A stretch of 63,189 nucleotides of DNA, from the IMG/VR virus record IMGVR_UViG_3300042923_000815, positions 1 to 63,189 of that record; one strand, given 5' to 3'. Under the pieces are notes generated by a model. The model ran no database searches. It saw nothing but the letters and a program-made list of their open reading frames with translations, and was not told the origin of the DNA. Made by a program: the position numbers and the translations under genes. Source of the stretch: a virus (Duplodnaviria > Caudoviricetes). Below, one piece after another: positions 19,279 through 28,874 of this stretch. The number at the start of each line of letters is the position of its first letter. Position 1 is the first letter of the stretch.

Positions 19279-19785
19279 TTATGCATTCCGCGTCAAAATA
19301 GTTACTTCAACACATTTATTGCTGTCCATCTTACCAGTAGTGAATTTAGCATTTGTTAACAGAATAGTATTTGTGCTATCTGCTACAGCCTCAAACCCGC
19401 CAATAATCGTATTCGCTCCATTTGCTACTACACGAATATAAACATTACCGCCAGCAGTAGGCGTACCAACGTTACAAGTTACAACTGCAGCACCACGTAC
19501 TAAAACATCAGCAGGTGTCCCTGGCAGATAAGCACCAGCAGGATTGAAATAATCCGTTGACTGTTTAACCTCTCTACTTGCAATACCAACAAATTGCGCA
19601 GCCGTATTACTGGCACCAAATTTAGAATAAGTATTATCGGTATTTAAAATAACTGGATCACCAAAATTAATATTTACTAGGTCTGTAGCTTTTACTGCAC
19701 GATTAACGATTACGCAATCAGCGTTCCTTGCAAAAGATCCAGGGTAACCTATGTTCATCATTGTTCCAATTGCTTGTCCTGGCAT
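19279..19785 (-). CDS. Capsid decoration protein
   Basis: GYPGS, GTPTAGGNVYIR. Lies between the protease and capsid genes. Confidence 0.75.
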   Translation of the reverse strand: MPGQAIGTMMNIGYPGSFARNADCVIVNRAVKATDLVNINFGDPVILNTDNTYSKFGASNTAAQFVGIASREVKQSTDYFNPAGAYLPGTPADVLVRGAAVVTCNVGTPTAGGNVYIRVVANGANTIIGGFEAVADSTNTILLTNAKFTTGKMDSNKCVEVTILTRNA

Positions 19786-19802
19786 ATTATTATTTCCTCC
19801 TA

Positions 19803-21074
19803 TTATTGTTTATTTTTATAGTGTGGGTTAAATTTTTTGGCAATGTTGCTGCCAATTGTTGATTCATCAAACGTTTCAGGTTTAGCATCCTTTGCTTGTT
19901 TTAATTTTGTCATAGCCGCATAAGGATCTTTAAATCCTACTGTGATTTTCATTTGATCACGGAATGTTTTTTCAATGCTATCACAAGCCGTTTTTCTTTC
20001 TATAGGATCACTAATCTTGGCAACGATAGGTCTAATCGCTTTCAATGCTGTCAGCATTGCTCCGCGGCTATCTGCTCCCGGGATAGGGTTTTCGGGTCTA
20101 TCTGACTCAGCAGATACAACACCGCTGACATCTGAATCCATAGTTTCAACAGGAACCGTCATTGCTTCCTCATTGTCAATACTGTTAGGAACCAGTAATT
20201 CAGCTTCAAGTTTATCCAAAGCTTCCTCAGGTTTGCTTCCTTCTGCAGCTTCCGATTTTTCTAAAGCAGTCAACCTGGTAGTGATCCCCTGTAATGCTTG
20301 TAATATTTGTTCCATGGCTTGGGCATGTTCATTTGGTGCTTGTTGTACTGGTGGTTCAGCATCAGTACCCTCTTTTTTAACAACAGGTTCATTTGCTTCG
20401 TTCATAGCATCCATGGCGGCTGCTAACTCTTCCGGTTCTGCATCAACGGCGAAAACTTTTAGCATTTTACCCCATAATGTTTTTTTATCTGTCTTTGGCA
20501 TTCTTTTATCTCCTTTTTTTTTGGTATCGATTGGTATTGAATCTTTAATAGCAACACGGCTCCCCGCCCTGCCATTTTCAACAATGGCAACATGGTTACC
20601 ACGGATTTTTTTTTGAGAATATTGCCCTGTTTCATTAGGCTCACACATAAAGTCATAACCGCATGAAACTTCCCGTTTACCTTGTTCTATAGCTTTAATT
20701 AATCCAGATTCTTGAATAATCAAATCAGCTAATAGCAGGTCGTTTTCTTGATCAATTCCGCGCCTAACATTGGTTGTGATCCCTCTAGAATATGTAGACC
20801 AATTAGAAGGATCAACATCATTAATAGGATGATCACTTGTCACTGGCTTTCCTTCAAAGGACGCTATCGTTTCAGGGCTGAATACCTCTGATTCATCACG
20901 ATTTACTGTAATTTTTTCATCTGGTTTATCCATTAAACCAAGTTCTCTTCCTAGGTAATCCTGCTGACCAGTCCTTGCAATTGGCACGTTATGCAGTATT
21001 AAGTACCCTTCAGGTGTTTTAGTTTGATTAGGGCTTATTCGAGAACCGTAATATGATCTCGCTATCTTTTTCAC
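19803..21074 (-). CDS. Prohead protease/scaffold (DUF2213-like)
   Basis: TPEGYL, PIARTG, EVSCGY, NHVAIVENGRAG, then a charged scaffold-like tail. Confidence 0.88.
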   Translation of the reverse strand: MKKIARSYYGSRISPNQTKTPEGYLILHNVPIARTGQQDYLGRELGLMDKPDEKITVNRDESEVFSPETIASFEGKPVTSDHPINDVDPSNWSTYSRGITTNVRRGIDQENDLLLADLIIQESGLIKAIEQGKREVSCGYDFMCEPNETGQYSQKKIRGNHVAIVENGRAGSRVAIKDSIPIDTKKKGDKRMPKTDKKTLWGKMLKVFAVDAEPEELAAAMDAMNEANEPVVKKEGTDAEPPVQQAPNEHAQAMEQILQALQGITTRLTALEKSEAAEGSKPEEALDKLEAELLVPNSIDNEEAMTVPVETMDSDVSGVVSAESDRPENPIPGADSRGAMLTALKAIRPIVAKISDPIERKTACDSIEKTFRDQMKITVGFKDPYAAMTKLKQAKDAKPETFDESTIGSNIAKKFNPHYKNKQ

Positions 21075-21171
21075 CTCCCTTCACCGAAAATAGGCATAAA
21101 AAATACAACTAACATTGTGCTAGTTGCCACATAGAGACTATTTACCATGATTTCTCATGGTGATCACCTCC

Positions 21172-21357
21172 TTATTTATGATTAGGCTTCAAAGTGGGAA
21201 GGTCATTATAATGTCTAGTTTCATTAACTTTTTCGCATTGTAATGATTTCTTACTATTTTCATGATCTTCAATAGCTTTAATTAGTGAAATTATCTCACT
21301 AGGACTATCAGCTTCATACGTTATTGAGATGTCACCTACTGTTTTAGTACATTTCAT
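21172..21357 (-). CDS. Hypothetical moron protein
   Basis: ORF coupled to the upstream ORF. Confidence 0.45.
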   Translation of the reverse strand: MKCTKTVGDISITYEADSPSEIISLIKAIEDHENSKKSLQCEKVNETRHYNDLPTLKPNHK

Positions 21358-21692
21358 AATTCACACTCGCCCTTCAATATATTGCAAGCTTCTATTCTCC
21401 ATTCTGCACCTATGTTACTATCTTGCGCTATTTCTCTTAACATTTGAATAGCTAAATCATAGTTAGATATTTCAGGTTTTCTTTTGTAAAGTTTATTATA
21501 GATAGCTTCTTGTAATTTATCTTTAATCTGTTCCGCTGTTACGTCACTATTAACATTAATTACAATCGATTCACCTGTTGGAAAATAGAACGGTACACCA
21601 GGAACGCCACTACCAGTTCTAGGCGGTTCACCTTTAAATTCACTAGGGTCTGGTCTATATCCATGCATTGGGGTATTTTTCACTTCAATCAT
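21354..21692 (-). CDS. Hypothetical moron protein
   Basis: ORF with AGGA RBS. Confidence 0.55.
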   Translation of the reverse strand: MIEVKNTPMHGYRPDPSEFKGEPPRTGSGVPGVPFYFPTGESIVINVNSDVTAEQIKDKLQEAIYNKLYKRKPEISNYDLAIQMLREIAQDSNIGAEWRIEACNILKGECEL

Positions 21693-21759
21693 CCTTTCTA
21701 TTTAAAAATAGACATAAAGAAAAGACCATGAAATTAATCATCGTCTTTAAATAAATCAA

Positions 21760-22041
21760 CTATTTTATAAAATTATACTTAGTAACAGTGCTTATCTCTA
21801 TAGGGATCGCTTTAAATCCTTTTAGCCAGTATCTCATTCTATCGGAGTTTTCAAAGTAATATGTAGCTTCATGAGGGTTAAACAAATCATCTTCACTGTT
21901 CACGCCAAATCTTTTTGCTTCTAATGGATCATCAGTAACAAAAGGACTAGTCGTATGTTGTGTTTCTTTTAACCCAAAGTATTTCCCATCACCATTAACC
22001 GCTACCAAACACCGTATATTACTTAATTTACCTTCCATCAC
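21760..22041 (-). CDS. Hypothetical moron protein
   Basis: ORF with AGGCGG RBS, followed by a hairpin (about 21722-21748). Confidence 0.55.
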   Translation of the reverse strand: MMEGKLSNIRCLVAVNGDGKYFGLKETQHTTSPFVTDDPLEAKRFGVNSEDDLFNPHEATYYFENSDRMRYWLKGFKAIPIEISTVTKYNFIK

Positions 22042-22081
22042 AGCACCGCCTTATCAGCATAATGTATTATTAGTTGAATTT

Positions 22082-22366
22082 CTAATGCCCAAAATTAAAC
22101 CCAAATTTAACAACTGTTCCACTCTTCAAAATTATCTCATCATCATAAAATCCACAACAACCATTGCTGTGTGCGTTATTATAATTTTCATCATTTTTAC
22201 CATCTACTGAAAGTCTAAAATTATCGCAACAATCCTTGTCTCCACATTGCCTGATGGCATTAGAAATTTTATTTACAACATAACTTGCTTCATTTTCTGA
22301 TAAACCTTGCTCAATTAAGCGTACATATGTTGATTTTTGCTGATATTTATAATCTTTATTCATCAC
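22082..22366 (-). CDS. Cys-rich hypothetical moron protein
   Basis: CCDNFR and GCCGFYD, ends FGFNFGH. Confidence 0.6.
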   Translation of the reverse strand: MMNKDYKYQQKSTYVRLIEQGLSENEASYVVNKISNAIRQCGDKDCCDNFRLSVDGKNDENYNNAHSNGCCGFYDDEIILKSGTVVKFGFNFGH

Positions 22367-22397
22367 AGTGCCGCCTCAGTATTATTTGCCTAATTCA

Positions 22398-22593
22398 TAC
22401 ACATAAAACATTGCTTGATATCATGTATCTACTGTTTCAGTTGCTAACTTAATAACCCGTCTTTCATGCGATTGTCCGACACGCCTCCACAGCACAACTT
22501 TTGGTTTTTCAGTCCTTCGTTTATCAAGCAATGTTTTATGTGTACACGGCAGGAGCTAGGCTTGCTCTTTTCGATCCGTCAATCTATCCGCAT
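22398..22593 (-). ncRNA. Candidate structured RNA with a perfect 23-bp inverted repeat
   Basis: TACACATAAAACATTGCTTGATA at 22398-22420 and its exact reverse complement at 22522-22544. GC-richer structured 5' part just downstream of a TATAAT (about 22600-22605). Confidence 0.5.
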
Positions 22594-22762
22594 GTTTATT
22601 ATACTATTATTTAAAATAATCATATATAAAATATATTAAATATCCTATAAATATAATGCTAACTATACTTACTTTACTAAAACCAATCAAGAATAATATA
22701 CTCGCTAATATAGGCGGTAATATCCATATCATAAATTCTTCTTTATCTCTCCAATTCATGCC

Positions 22763-23587
22763 TCACATCACCGCCTCAAACTGGCTTCTAGTCATCGTAA
22801 CTATTCTACCACCATAATAAACCTTTGCAGGAAACGTAATGTAATCTAAGAAGATAACAGGCTGCGCAAAACACCTGCAATTCCATATATCACCCGCATT
22901 ATACTTCCCTACGCTTTTTTCTCCTATTAATAGCTCGGGTGAAGGTGGATCATCCCAATGAACTAATACACCATCCATATGATCATGTGAGCTTCTTACC
23001 CGCCCATCTTTAGAAGTACGCCAGATGTACCAATTCTTATTCCTACTCTGCGCTCTCGTTCGAGTTAATGCGGTACTAGCCTTACTTGTTTCAGTCCTGG
23101 CAATCAACTTTGCAGATGCAGCAGACTTTTCTGGAAACATCTTTCTTATTTCGTCTTCCATGCCAGCAGCGCGTCTGCCCTTCAATGCCTCTTCTTTGAT
23201 ATGATTTGTGATTTTATCGGCAATATCAATAGGCAATGTGCTAATCATCTTCGCATTATACTCAATCAACGATTGCATTTCACCGCCCAGTCTACCTTGT
23301 AATTCGTTTTGCAATAACTTGTACGACTTATTGCCCTGCATACCTTCTAATGCAGCCTCTCTCCACGTTCTGCTATTGTCTGTATTAGCCTTAACAACCA
23401 TGTTATGCGCCAGTTTATATGATAACTCTTTAAAAGACTTGCTACGTGCTATTTTGCGAACCATAGAGAGCATTTCTTTAGGATCTACATTATTAGCGGA
23501 TTCATATATTTTATTTAACAGCCGCGTTAGTTCTCTTTGATATGATAACTCAAGCCGTCTTTTCAACTTCCAGCGGTTTATCTTCAT
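22763..23587 (-). CDS. Head morphogenesis protein (SPP1 gp7 / Mu F-like)
   Basis: LIARTE, WRTSKDGRVRSSH, NCRC. Confidence 0.9.
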   Translation of the reverse strand: MKINRWKLKRRLELSYQRELTRLLNKIYESANNVDPKEMLSMVRKIARSKSFKELSYKLAHNMVVKANTDNSRTWREAALEGMQGNKSYKLLQNELQGRLGGEMQSLIEYNAKMISTLPIDIADKITNHIKEEALKGRRAAGMEDEIRKMFPEKSAASAKLIARTETSKASTALTRTRAQSRNKNWYIWRTSKDGRVRSSHDHMDGVLVHWDDPPSPELLIGEKSVGKYNAGDIWNCRCFAQPVIFLDYITFPAKVYYGGRIVTMTRSQFEAVM

Positions 23588-25013
23588 TTAGATCACCATC
23601 CAAATCAAGAAGCGGTAAATCATTTTCCACGGGCGGGATATCACCAGTATTAAAATCATTACTAGCAGCTTCGATATCTTCGTCAGTAATATTGCTACCA
23701 ATACCAGTAATGTCCTTCTGCTGCCTAATCTCTTTCAATGACATCTTTTGGCTAAAGAGACCTACATTATAGTATCCTGTAATTGTTTCGCTTGTGCTCT
23801 TAGCTAAATCTGACATTTCCTTGTTATTCGGCTTCCTAATCGGATTAAGTTTATAATTTAAATCATCAGGAATCATTCCCCACTCGCTAACAGACATAAC
23901 CGGAACTAATTTATCTAATACAGGTGCTAAATCGGCTTGTTGTTGACTTTCTATTGTTTCGTAATAGTTTTGTTCATCAGATTCACCTGTCGCGTTCATT
24001 CCGGCGGGAGAACGTCCAAACAATTTAGTAACAGGTATGCCGCATGATCCGGATATATCCATCATAAAAGATTGATAAATATCATTAAGCCCCGAAAATG
24101 TATATTGATGTGTTTCAAACGAATCTTTAGGACCAAGAATTTGAACCCCCATATTTGACATGAGTTTATTTTGCGCTGAAACGGTATTATACAGATCATT
24201 CTGCGCTCGTTGATCTCCAATAGAAAATATTTCTTCCATTCCTTCCATTTTCATCACTCTTAAATTAGCCATAAATACTAGTTGAGCAATGTTCCAAGAT
24301 GTATTGTCACGTTTCTTTATTTCTTCAAATACCATTTCTACTTCAGAAGCTCCCCAGTACATTTCAGCTTGTCTTTCAATCTGCGGCAAGTCTCTACCTA
24401 CAAACCTAAGAACACGGCTGTGATGCACCGTAAATACATCTGCTTCCGATGTAGTCACTTGATAATATTTCGGCAAACCATATTCAGGATCGTTTATATC
24501 TGTTACTAAATCACTTCCTGGTGTAATTCCAGACCATCGATCAAGTACCAGCAATCCTTTATATGATCCCGGCATAATCATGTCATAGTTTAATGGCTGT
24601 TCTAACATTTGCTCATGTCCACTTATCAGTATGATAGCGGCCGCTCCACCAAATAATCTACCCCAACGCAACCCTTCCATGATTTTAGCCTTTGTACGTG
24701 TCTTTCGTTCCATTTTCGTATAGCGGTCTAGCATATCAGGTTGTACTTGGCTTGTGATATTGTACCAGTTCTTACACATATCTTCTGGTATGGTATCTAT
24801 AATGCGCCTAATAATCCAATGGGAACGATACAAGCTGTTCATTAATTGGTAATTCTGCGTAAGCCTTGTTAATGGGTATTGCGTTCCCTCCATTATGTTC
24901 TCTTGATTCATTCCAAGTCTAGCTAATGCATTTTGGAAAGCATCTATTCCTCTTACGGTTCTAGGTTCCTGCACAGATGCGGCAGGTTTTTTATTACGCT
25001 TGCTTTTTCTCAT
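23550..25013 (-). CDS. Portal protein (DUF1073-like)
   Basis: RLFGGA, VHHSRV, IPVTKLFGRSPAGMNATGESD. Confidence 0.9.
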   Translation of the reverse strand: MRKSKRNKKPAASVQEPRTVRGIDAFQNALARLGMNQENIMEGTQYPLTRLTQNYQLMNSLYRSHWIIRRIIDTIPEDMCKNWYNITSQVQPDMLDRYTKMERKTRTKAKIMEGLRWGRLFGGAAAIILISGHEQMLEQPLNYDMIMPGSYKGLLVLDRWSGITPGSDLVTDINDPEYGLPKYYQVTTSEADVFTVHHSRVLRFVGRDLPQIERQAEMYWGASEVEMVFEEIKKRDNTSWNIAQLVFMANLRVMKMEGMEEIFSIGDQRAQNDLYNTVSAQNKLMSNMGVQILGPKDSFETHQYTFSGLNDIYQSFMMDISGSCGIPVTKLFGRSPAGMNATGESDEQNYYETIESQQQADLAPVLDKLVPVMSVSEWGMIPDDLNYKLNPIRKPNNKEMSDLAKSTSETITGYYNVGLFSQKMSLKEIRQQKDITGIGSNITDEDIEAASNDFNTGDIPPVENDLPLLDLDGDLNEDKPLEVEKTA

Positions 25014-25044
25014 GCAGGTAAACCCCTTCCTTACTAGTAAAATT

Positions 25045-26325
25045 CTACCTTCTAATGTATTTGATGATTGTTTTGCAGAAGTAACGCAATGCATCTAAAG
25101 CATGATCGAAAGCTTTTACAGGTTCTTCAACTCCATGATCTGAAGCTTTCGCATTCCATATATAACTTAGAAATTCGTCTAATAGGTTTTTGCATTTTGT
25201 TTTATTGACCTTAAGTTTAACCATACGCAAAAGAGATGCTAATAAGCGAATGCCATCAAGCACTTCGTTATCAGCATCTTTAAGACGTATTCCTTTATTC
25301 CTAGCAGCTACCTTAAAACTAGCCGCGCTCGGATCAATAATAACTCTTGCATACTCTTTCCCATTGATAAAACTAATTAGGTCCTCGACATACTCACTAT
25401 CTTCTTTTTGGCGATTATGTTTCTTGGAGTCATAGTAATATTCATCTTCTACGAAGTACTCTTTTATGTTTGTAAGATAGTTAACTTGTTCTATTATCTC
25501 AAGTATGACAAATGGATTCGTTGTCCCATAGTCAATCGTGTAATAACGGTTGTAATATAAATCGTAGTTAGGTCCATTACCATCTTCATATTGATTCTTA
25601 GGACCAAACATATCATAAATAATACCCTCGGCATTGGTTCTTTTTCCCATGATATCTCGTAAATACCATACTGTATTCTTAGCATAGGTTCGAATGATGG
25701 CTTTTATTTTCTCAGTAGTAAAACTGAAATTATCGTATAAAGTGAAGTGCTCATAATTTAAACCATAGTCTTCATACTTGTATGAGTTTGCAGTATGAAA
25801 ATCAAGTATATCTTTATAAAACCAATGGTTAGGAGCCTTAGGATTCAGGTCAAAGAACAGCTTTCTATTTTGGCTTGACAGTGTTCTATCGAATGTCTCT
25901 TTAACAAATGTCTTACAGCATTCATTTACCTCAGTGATGTACGCGGTACCGTAAGTATTTCCCTTAATGTACCGTTCATCACCTTCCTTGCCACCACCGC
26001 TGATCAGTACAATCTTTTCACCAGTCGAAGTATTAATATAAAGAGCGTCCCGTTCCTGGTATTTACCAGCACGACAACGCCCTTCAAACCAATTGCTAAC
26101 TCCAAACCCATTGCTGTCTATTATATTAAGCTTTGCAGATGCTACAGAGACACCAGCAGCTAAGTGGAGCTTATCTGGATGTACTTCTAATATCTCACAC
26201 CATGCCATAATGTTCAGGACGTTTTTCCCCGCCCTTTTGCCACCTTCGGCAATGTTTAACCAGTTCTTATAACATCGTTTCAGATATTCAACTTGCTTAA
26301 CGCAAAATGGTGCGTATTGTGTCAT
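25045..26325 (-). CDS. terL: Terminase large subunit (PBSX family)
   Basis: Walker A GGKRAGKN, DLNP, IDYGTTNP, DPSAASF, DHALDALRY. Confidence 0.93.
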   Translation of the reverse strand: MTQYAPFCVKQVEYLKRCYKNWLNIAEGGKRAGKNVLNIMAWCEILEVHPDKLHLAAGVSVASAKLNIIDSNGFGVSNWFEGRCRAGKYQERDALYINTSTGEKIVLISGGGKEGDERYIKGNTYGTAYITEVNECCKTFVKETFDRTLSSQNRKLFFDLNPKAPNHWFYKDILDFHTANSYKYEDYGLNYEHFTLYDNFSFTTEKIKAIIRTYAKNTVWYLRDIMGKRTNAEGIIYDMFGPKNQYEDGNGPNYDLYYNRYYTIDYGTTNPFVILEIIEQVNYLTNIKEYFVEDEYYYDSKKHNRQKEDSEYVEDLISFINGKEYARVIIDPSAASFKVAARNKGIRLKDADNEVLDGIRLLASLLRMVKLKVNKTKCKNLLDEFLSYIWNAKASDHGVEEPVKAFDHALDALRYFCKTIIKYIRR

Positions 26326-26336
26326 ATCATCACCTT

Positions 26337-26555
26337 TTATTTAATCCAGTATGTTCTTACACCACGCCACCAGCTGTAAGTATAGAAAAAACATAAAATA
26401 AATATGCCCCGCTGCTGATTTACATAGGCGGTATAAAACCAAAACGGCTGACCTATCAATCCAAACAATGGAGCGTATTTTCTTTTTGATGGTTCTTTAT
26501 CTTGGCTTAACCATGTGGCAGTTACACCAAAGATTGCTAATGCTATTTGTTCCAA
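26337..26555 (-). CDS. Small membrane protein with about three TM segments (PnuC-like fragment?)
   Basis: Hydrophobic, GLIGQPFW motif. The family call is tentative. Confidence 0.55.
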   Translation of the reverse strand: MEQIALAIFGVTATWLSQDKEPSKRKYAPLFGLIGQPFWFYTAYVNQQRGIFILCFFYTYSWWRGVRTYWIK

Positions 26556-26626
26556 TTTATCACCAACATTTTGCCGATATTTTACATCTCAATGTTCATG
26601 CATTCTTATTGGACATTGAGAATTAG

Positions 26627-26809
26627 TTATTTTTGTTCTTTTTTCGCCTTATCAATCAACCGTTGAACCATCTTCTTATTAGAGCAGAACATAAGAAACG
26701 TTCCGTATTCATCTAATTCCTTACCAACTGCTTCAACTAATAATTTATTAATATCTCTGATTTCTTCTCTAGCATATTTTAACGCTACTTCATAATTGAT
26801 GGAGTTCAT
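26627..26809 (-). CDS. Hypothetical protein
   Basis: ATGA overlap with the terS stop. Confidence 0.5.
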   Translation of the reverse strand: MNSINYEVALKYAREEIRDINKLLVEAVGKELDEYGTFLMFCSNKKMVQRLIDKAKKEQK

Positions 26810-27468
26810 GATTCATCATCCTCTTCAAAGTCTTCGATCTTCCTATCCTCAACAGGATTATTCAGTAATTCAGCAATCGTCATGACTCGCTCATTTGATT
26901 TTTTAATAGCATCATCACTATTGCCTGATTTCATTTCGAGTAAGGCAAGTTTCTTACTTTCAATATCCATCTTATGCCGTTCATACTCGCTTACGATGCT
27001 TTCAGAAAGCCTTTGTCCTTTTTGGATCTTTTCAAGAGCTGACGTGAGATAAGTTAAACCTTGACGATCAACAATCCCCTTAATGATTTCTTTTGTTTCT
27101 TCTTCAACGATTACTTCTTTAGATGGCTTTTTATTATCTTCATCATAAGTAATGGTTTTAGTTTTAATACGATTAGTAACAATATAATCTTCTAACTGAT
27201 CAACAGCACTCTCTATTTTGTCAGCTATTTTATCAGTTATACTTAATATCCTGGCATTTCTATCTGCAATTTTCACCACAGCTTTTTGTAGTGTGGTGGT
27301 TGCGATTTTGTGGTGGGTTTTTTCTTTTGCCTTTGCCCACTCTTCGCGCTTTGCTCTATCTTTTAATGTGTTGAAGCTAACACCATATTTTTCAGCTATT
27401 TTACGATATGAGGTGTTAGTTGTCTCATACTCTACTTTTATCTTTATCCAGTCGGCGGATTTCGCCAC
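26806..27468 (-). CDS. terS: Terminase small subunit
   Basis: N-terminal HTH DWIKIKVEY...IAEKYGVS..TLK.RAKREEW, upstream of terL. Confidence 0.8.
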   Translation of the reverse strand: MAKSADWIKIKVEYETTNTSYRKIAEKYGVSFNTLKDRAKREEWAKAKEKTHHKIATTTLQKAVVKIADRNARILSITDKIADKIESAVDQLEDYIVTNRIKTKTITYDEDNKKPSKEVIVEEETKEIIKGIVDRQGLTYLTSALEKIQKGQRLSESIVSEYERHKMDIESKKLALLEMKSGNSDDAIKKSNERVMTIAELLNNPVEDRKIEDFEEDDES

Positions 27469-27649
27469 ATCACCTCACCTACTTACCACATGTAATAATA
27501 TAAAATGTTTTTAGAATGTTTAACTAAGTTCAATGCTAACAGCAAATAATCCGATAAATATCTCTAATTGTTCGTGAGGTGTAAAACTGAATCCAACCAT
27601 AAAGTTACCTGGATTTAAAATATAGACAGTCACTTAACCACCTCACTCA

Positions 27650-28045
27650 TTATCCTTTAAATGTCCTTAATTCCTGAACTTTAAGATCAATAATCTTTTT
27701 CACCATCGTGTATTGCTTATCCTGGCCATCTAACTCTGCCTTACCCATAAGCAGCAAAGCCTCGGCACATTGCAAGTCGTTACCAGCAACTATCACGCTC
27801 TCAGTTGTTTCTGCAATTGCGTTAATCATAGTTGGCTGCATCCTAGCATCTTTATACAGCACCTTGGCTTTAGCGAGTTCTAGCTTGTATATCTTAGTCT
27901 TAATAGCAAAGTCACTTTCGTATCCAGCAACGACTTTCCCTAATTTGTTAACTTCACTTGCAAGCTTCGCCCCTAATTGACTCAACTGTGAAGGGGTTAG
28001 TTCTTCGATTATGTATTCTCCTAACTCTTTAGGATCGCACTGCAT
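27650..28045 (-). CDS. Coiled-coil hypothetical protein
   Basis: Overlapping ORF in the late operon. Confidence 0.6.
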   Translation of the reverse strand: MQCDPKELGEYIIEELTPSQLSQLGAKLASEVNKLGKVVAGYESDFAIKTKIYKLELAKAKVLYKDARMQPTMINAIAETTESVIVAGNDLQCAEALLLMGKAELDGQDKQYTMVKKIIDLKVQELRTFKG

Positions 28046-28355
28046 AACCCATAGCCCTCCTTGTTCTTATCCTACACTCGGCTGCTGTTATCCCTTCACG
28101 CCTACCGACTAACTCATAAAGTTCTTCCTGAGATATCTTTCCTTTGTGTGCCGCCCCGTGACACCCCATCCCCATACTGGCAGGTCCGCAAAGTTTTAAT
28201 AGGTTCTCTCTTATATCCGGTCCCCCTGCTCCCTTGCTAGTTATATGAGCCACTTCTAAAGAAAAACGACTGTTGCATCGTTCGCAACAGTCACTTTCTT
28301 TTCTAAATTCTCTTATTAATTTCGGATTGCGCGGTTTAACCTTTTGCATTATCAT
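28029..28355 (-). CDS. HNH endonuclease-like protein
   Basis: CERC...AHITSKGAGG.D..NL..LC...CH...H. Confidence 0.75.
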   Translation of the reverse strand: MIMQKVKPRNPKLIREFRKESDCCERCNSRFSLEVAHITSKGAGGPDIRENLLKLCGPASMGMGCHGAAHKGKISQEELYELVGRREGITAAECRIRTRRAMGYAVRS

Positions 28356-28555
28356 TTCAGAATGCCCGTTACCCGACTAGTTTTATACTTACTGCCCGAT
28401 TTATAGCAATTTGAGTTAAATTGTTCCATGCTCTTTTTATAATTCGGATCATAACACATTACCTTCCCGTCATGATCTACTTCTATCCCCTTTGCTATAC
28501 ATATTTCATATCCATGATTTTTACAATCATTCAACGCACAAGTAACGGTGGGCAT
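28352..28555 (-). CDS. Small Cys-rich protein, first gene of the late operon
   Basis: VTC.L.DC..H...C.A. Strong GAGGAGG RBS. Confidence 0.6.
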   Translation of the reverse strand: MPTVTCALNDCKNHGYEICIAKGIEVDHDGKVMCYDPNYKKSMEQFNSNCYKSGSKYKTSRVTGILK

Positions 28556-28582
28556 GTTTATATCCTCCTCATTTTAAGCAAT

Positions 28583-28616
28583 AAAAAAAGAAGCCCAACC
28601 GCAATGGCCGAGCTTC
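28583..28616 (-). terminator. Terminator in the late-operon leader
   Basis: Minus strand GAAGCTCGGCC-ATTGC-GGTTGGGCTTC followed by T7. Confidence 0.75.
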
Positions 28617-28679
28617 CCACTTCCGTATTTGTATAAAGCACCACGTTATGTAAACTTCGTCTTCATACCTCTTAACCAC

Positions 28680-28708
28680 ATATTAGCACTTTGTCAAGTA
28701 TATTGCAA
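28680..28708 (-). promoter_or_regulatory. Putative late promoter
   Basis: TTGCAA-N17-TAATAT, with an overlapping TTGACA at 28697-28692. Confidence 0.5.
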
Positions 28709-28874
28709 CTATTATTTAAAATAAAAACCGCCTTTTAAGACGGTTAATGTGCCATTGTAGACCATATTTCTTCATGAACTTCTTTTGCTTCTACGTATCC
28801 TTTTTCTTCCCACTCTTTATATACCCATCTACCACAAGGATTACCACCATAGCGCGATTGTTAATCATAGCAAA

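Noticed and set aside
22398-22544. Retron msr-msd (a1/a2 repeats) or IS ends
   Set aside because: No reverse transcriptase or transposase in the window and no clear target-site duplication. Kept only as an unexplained element.
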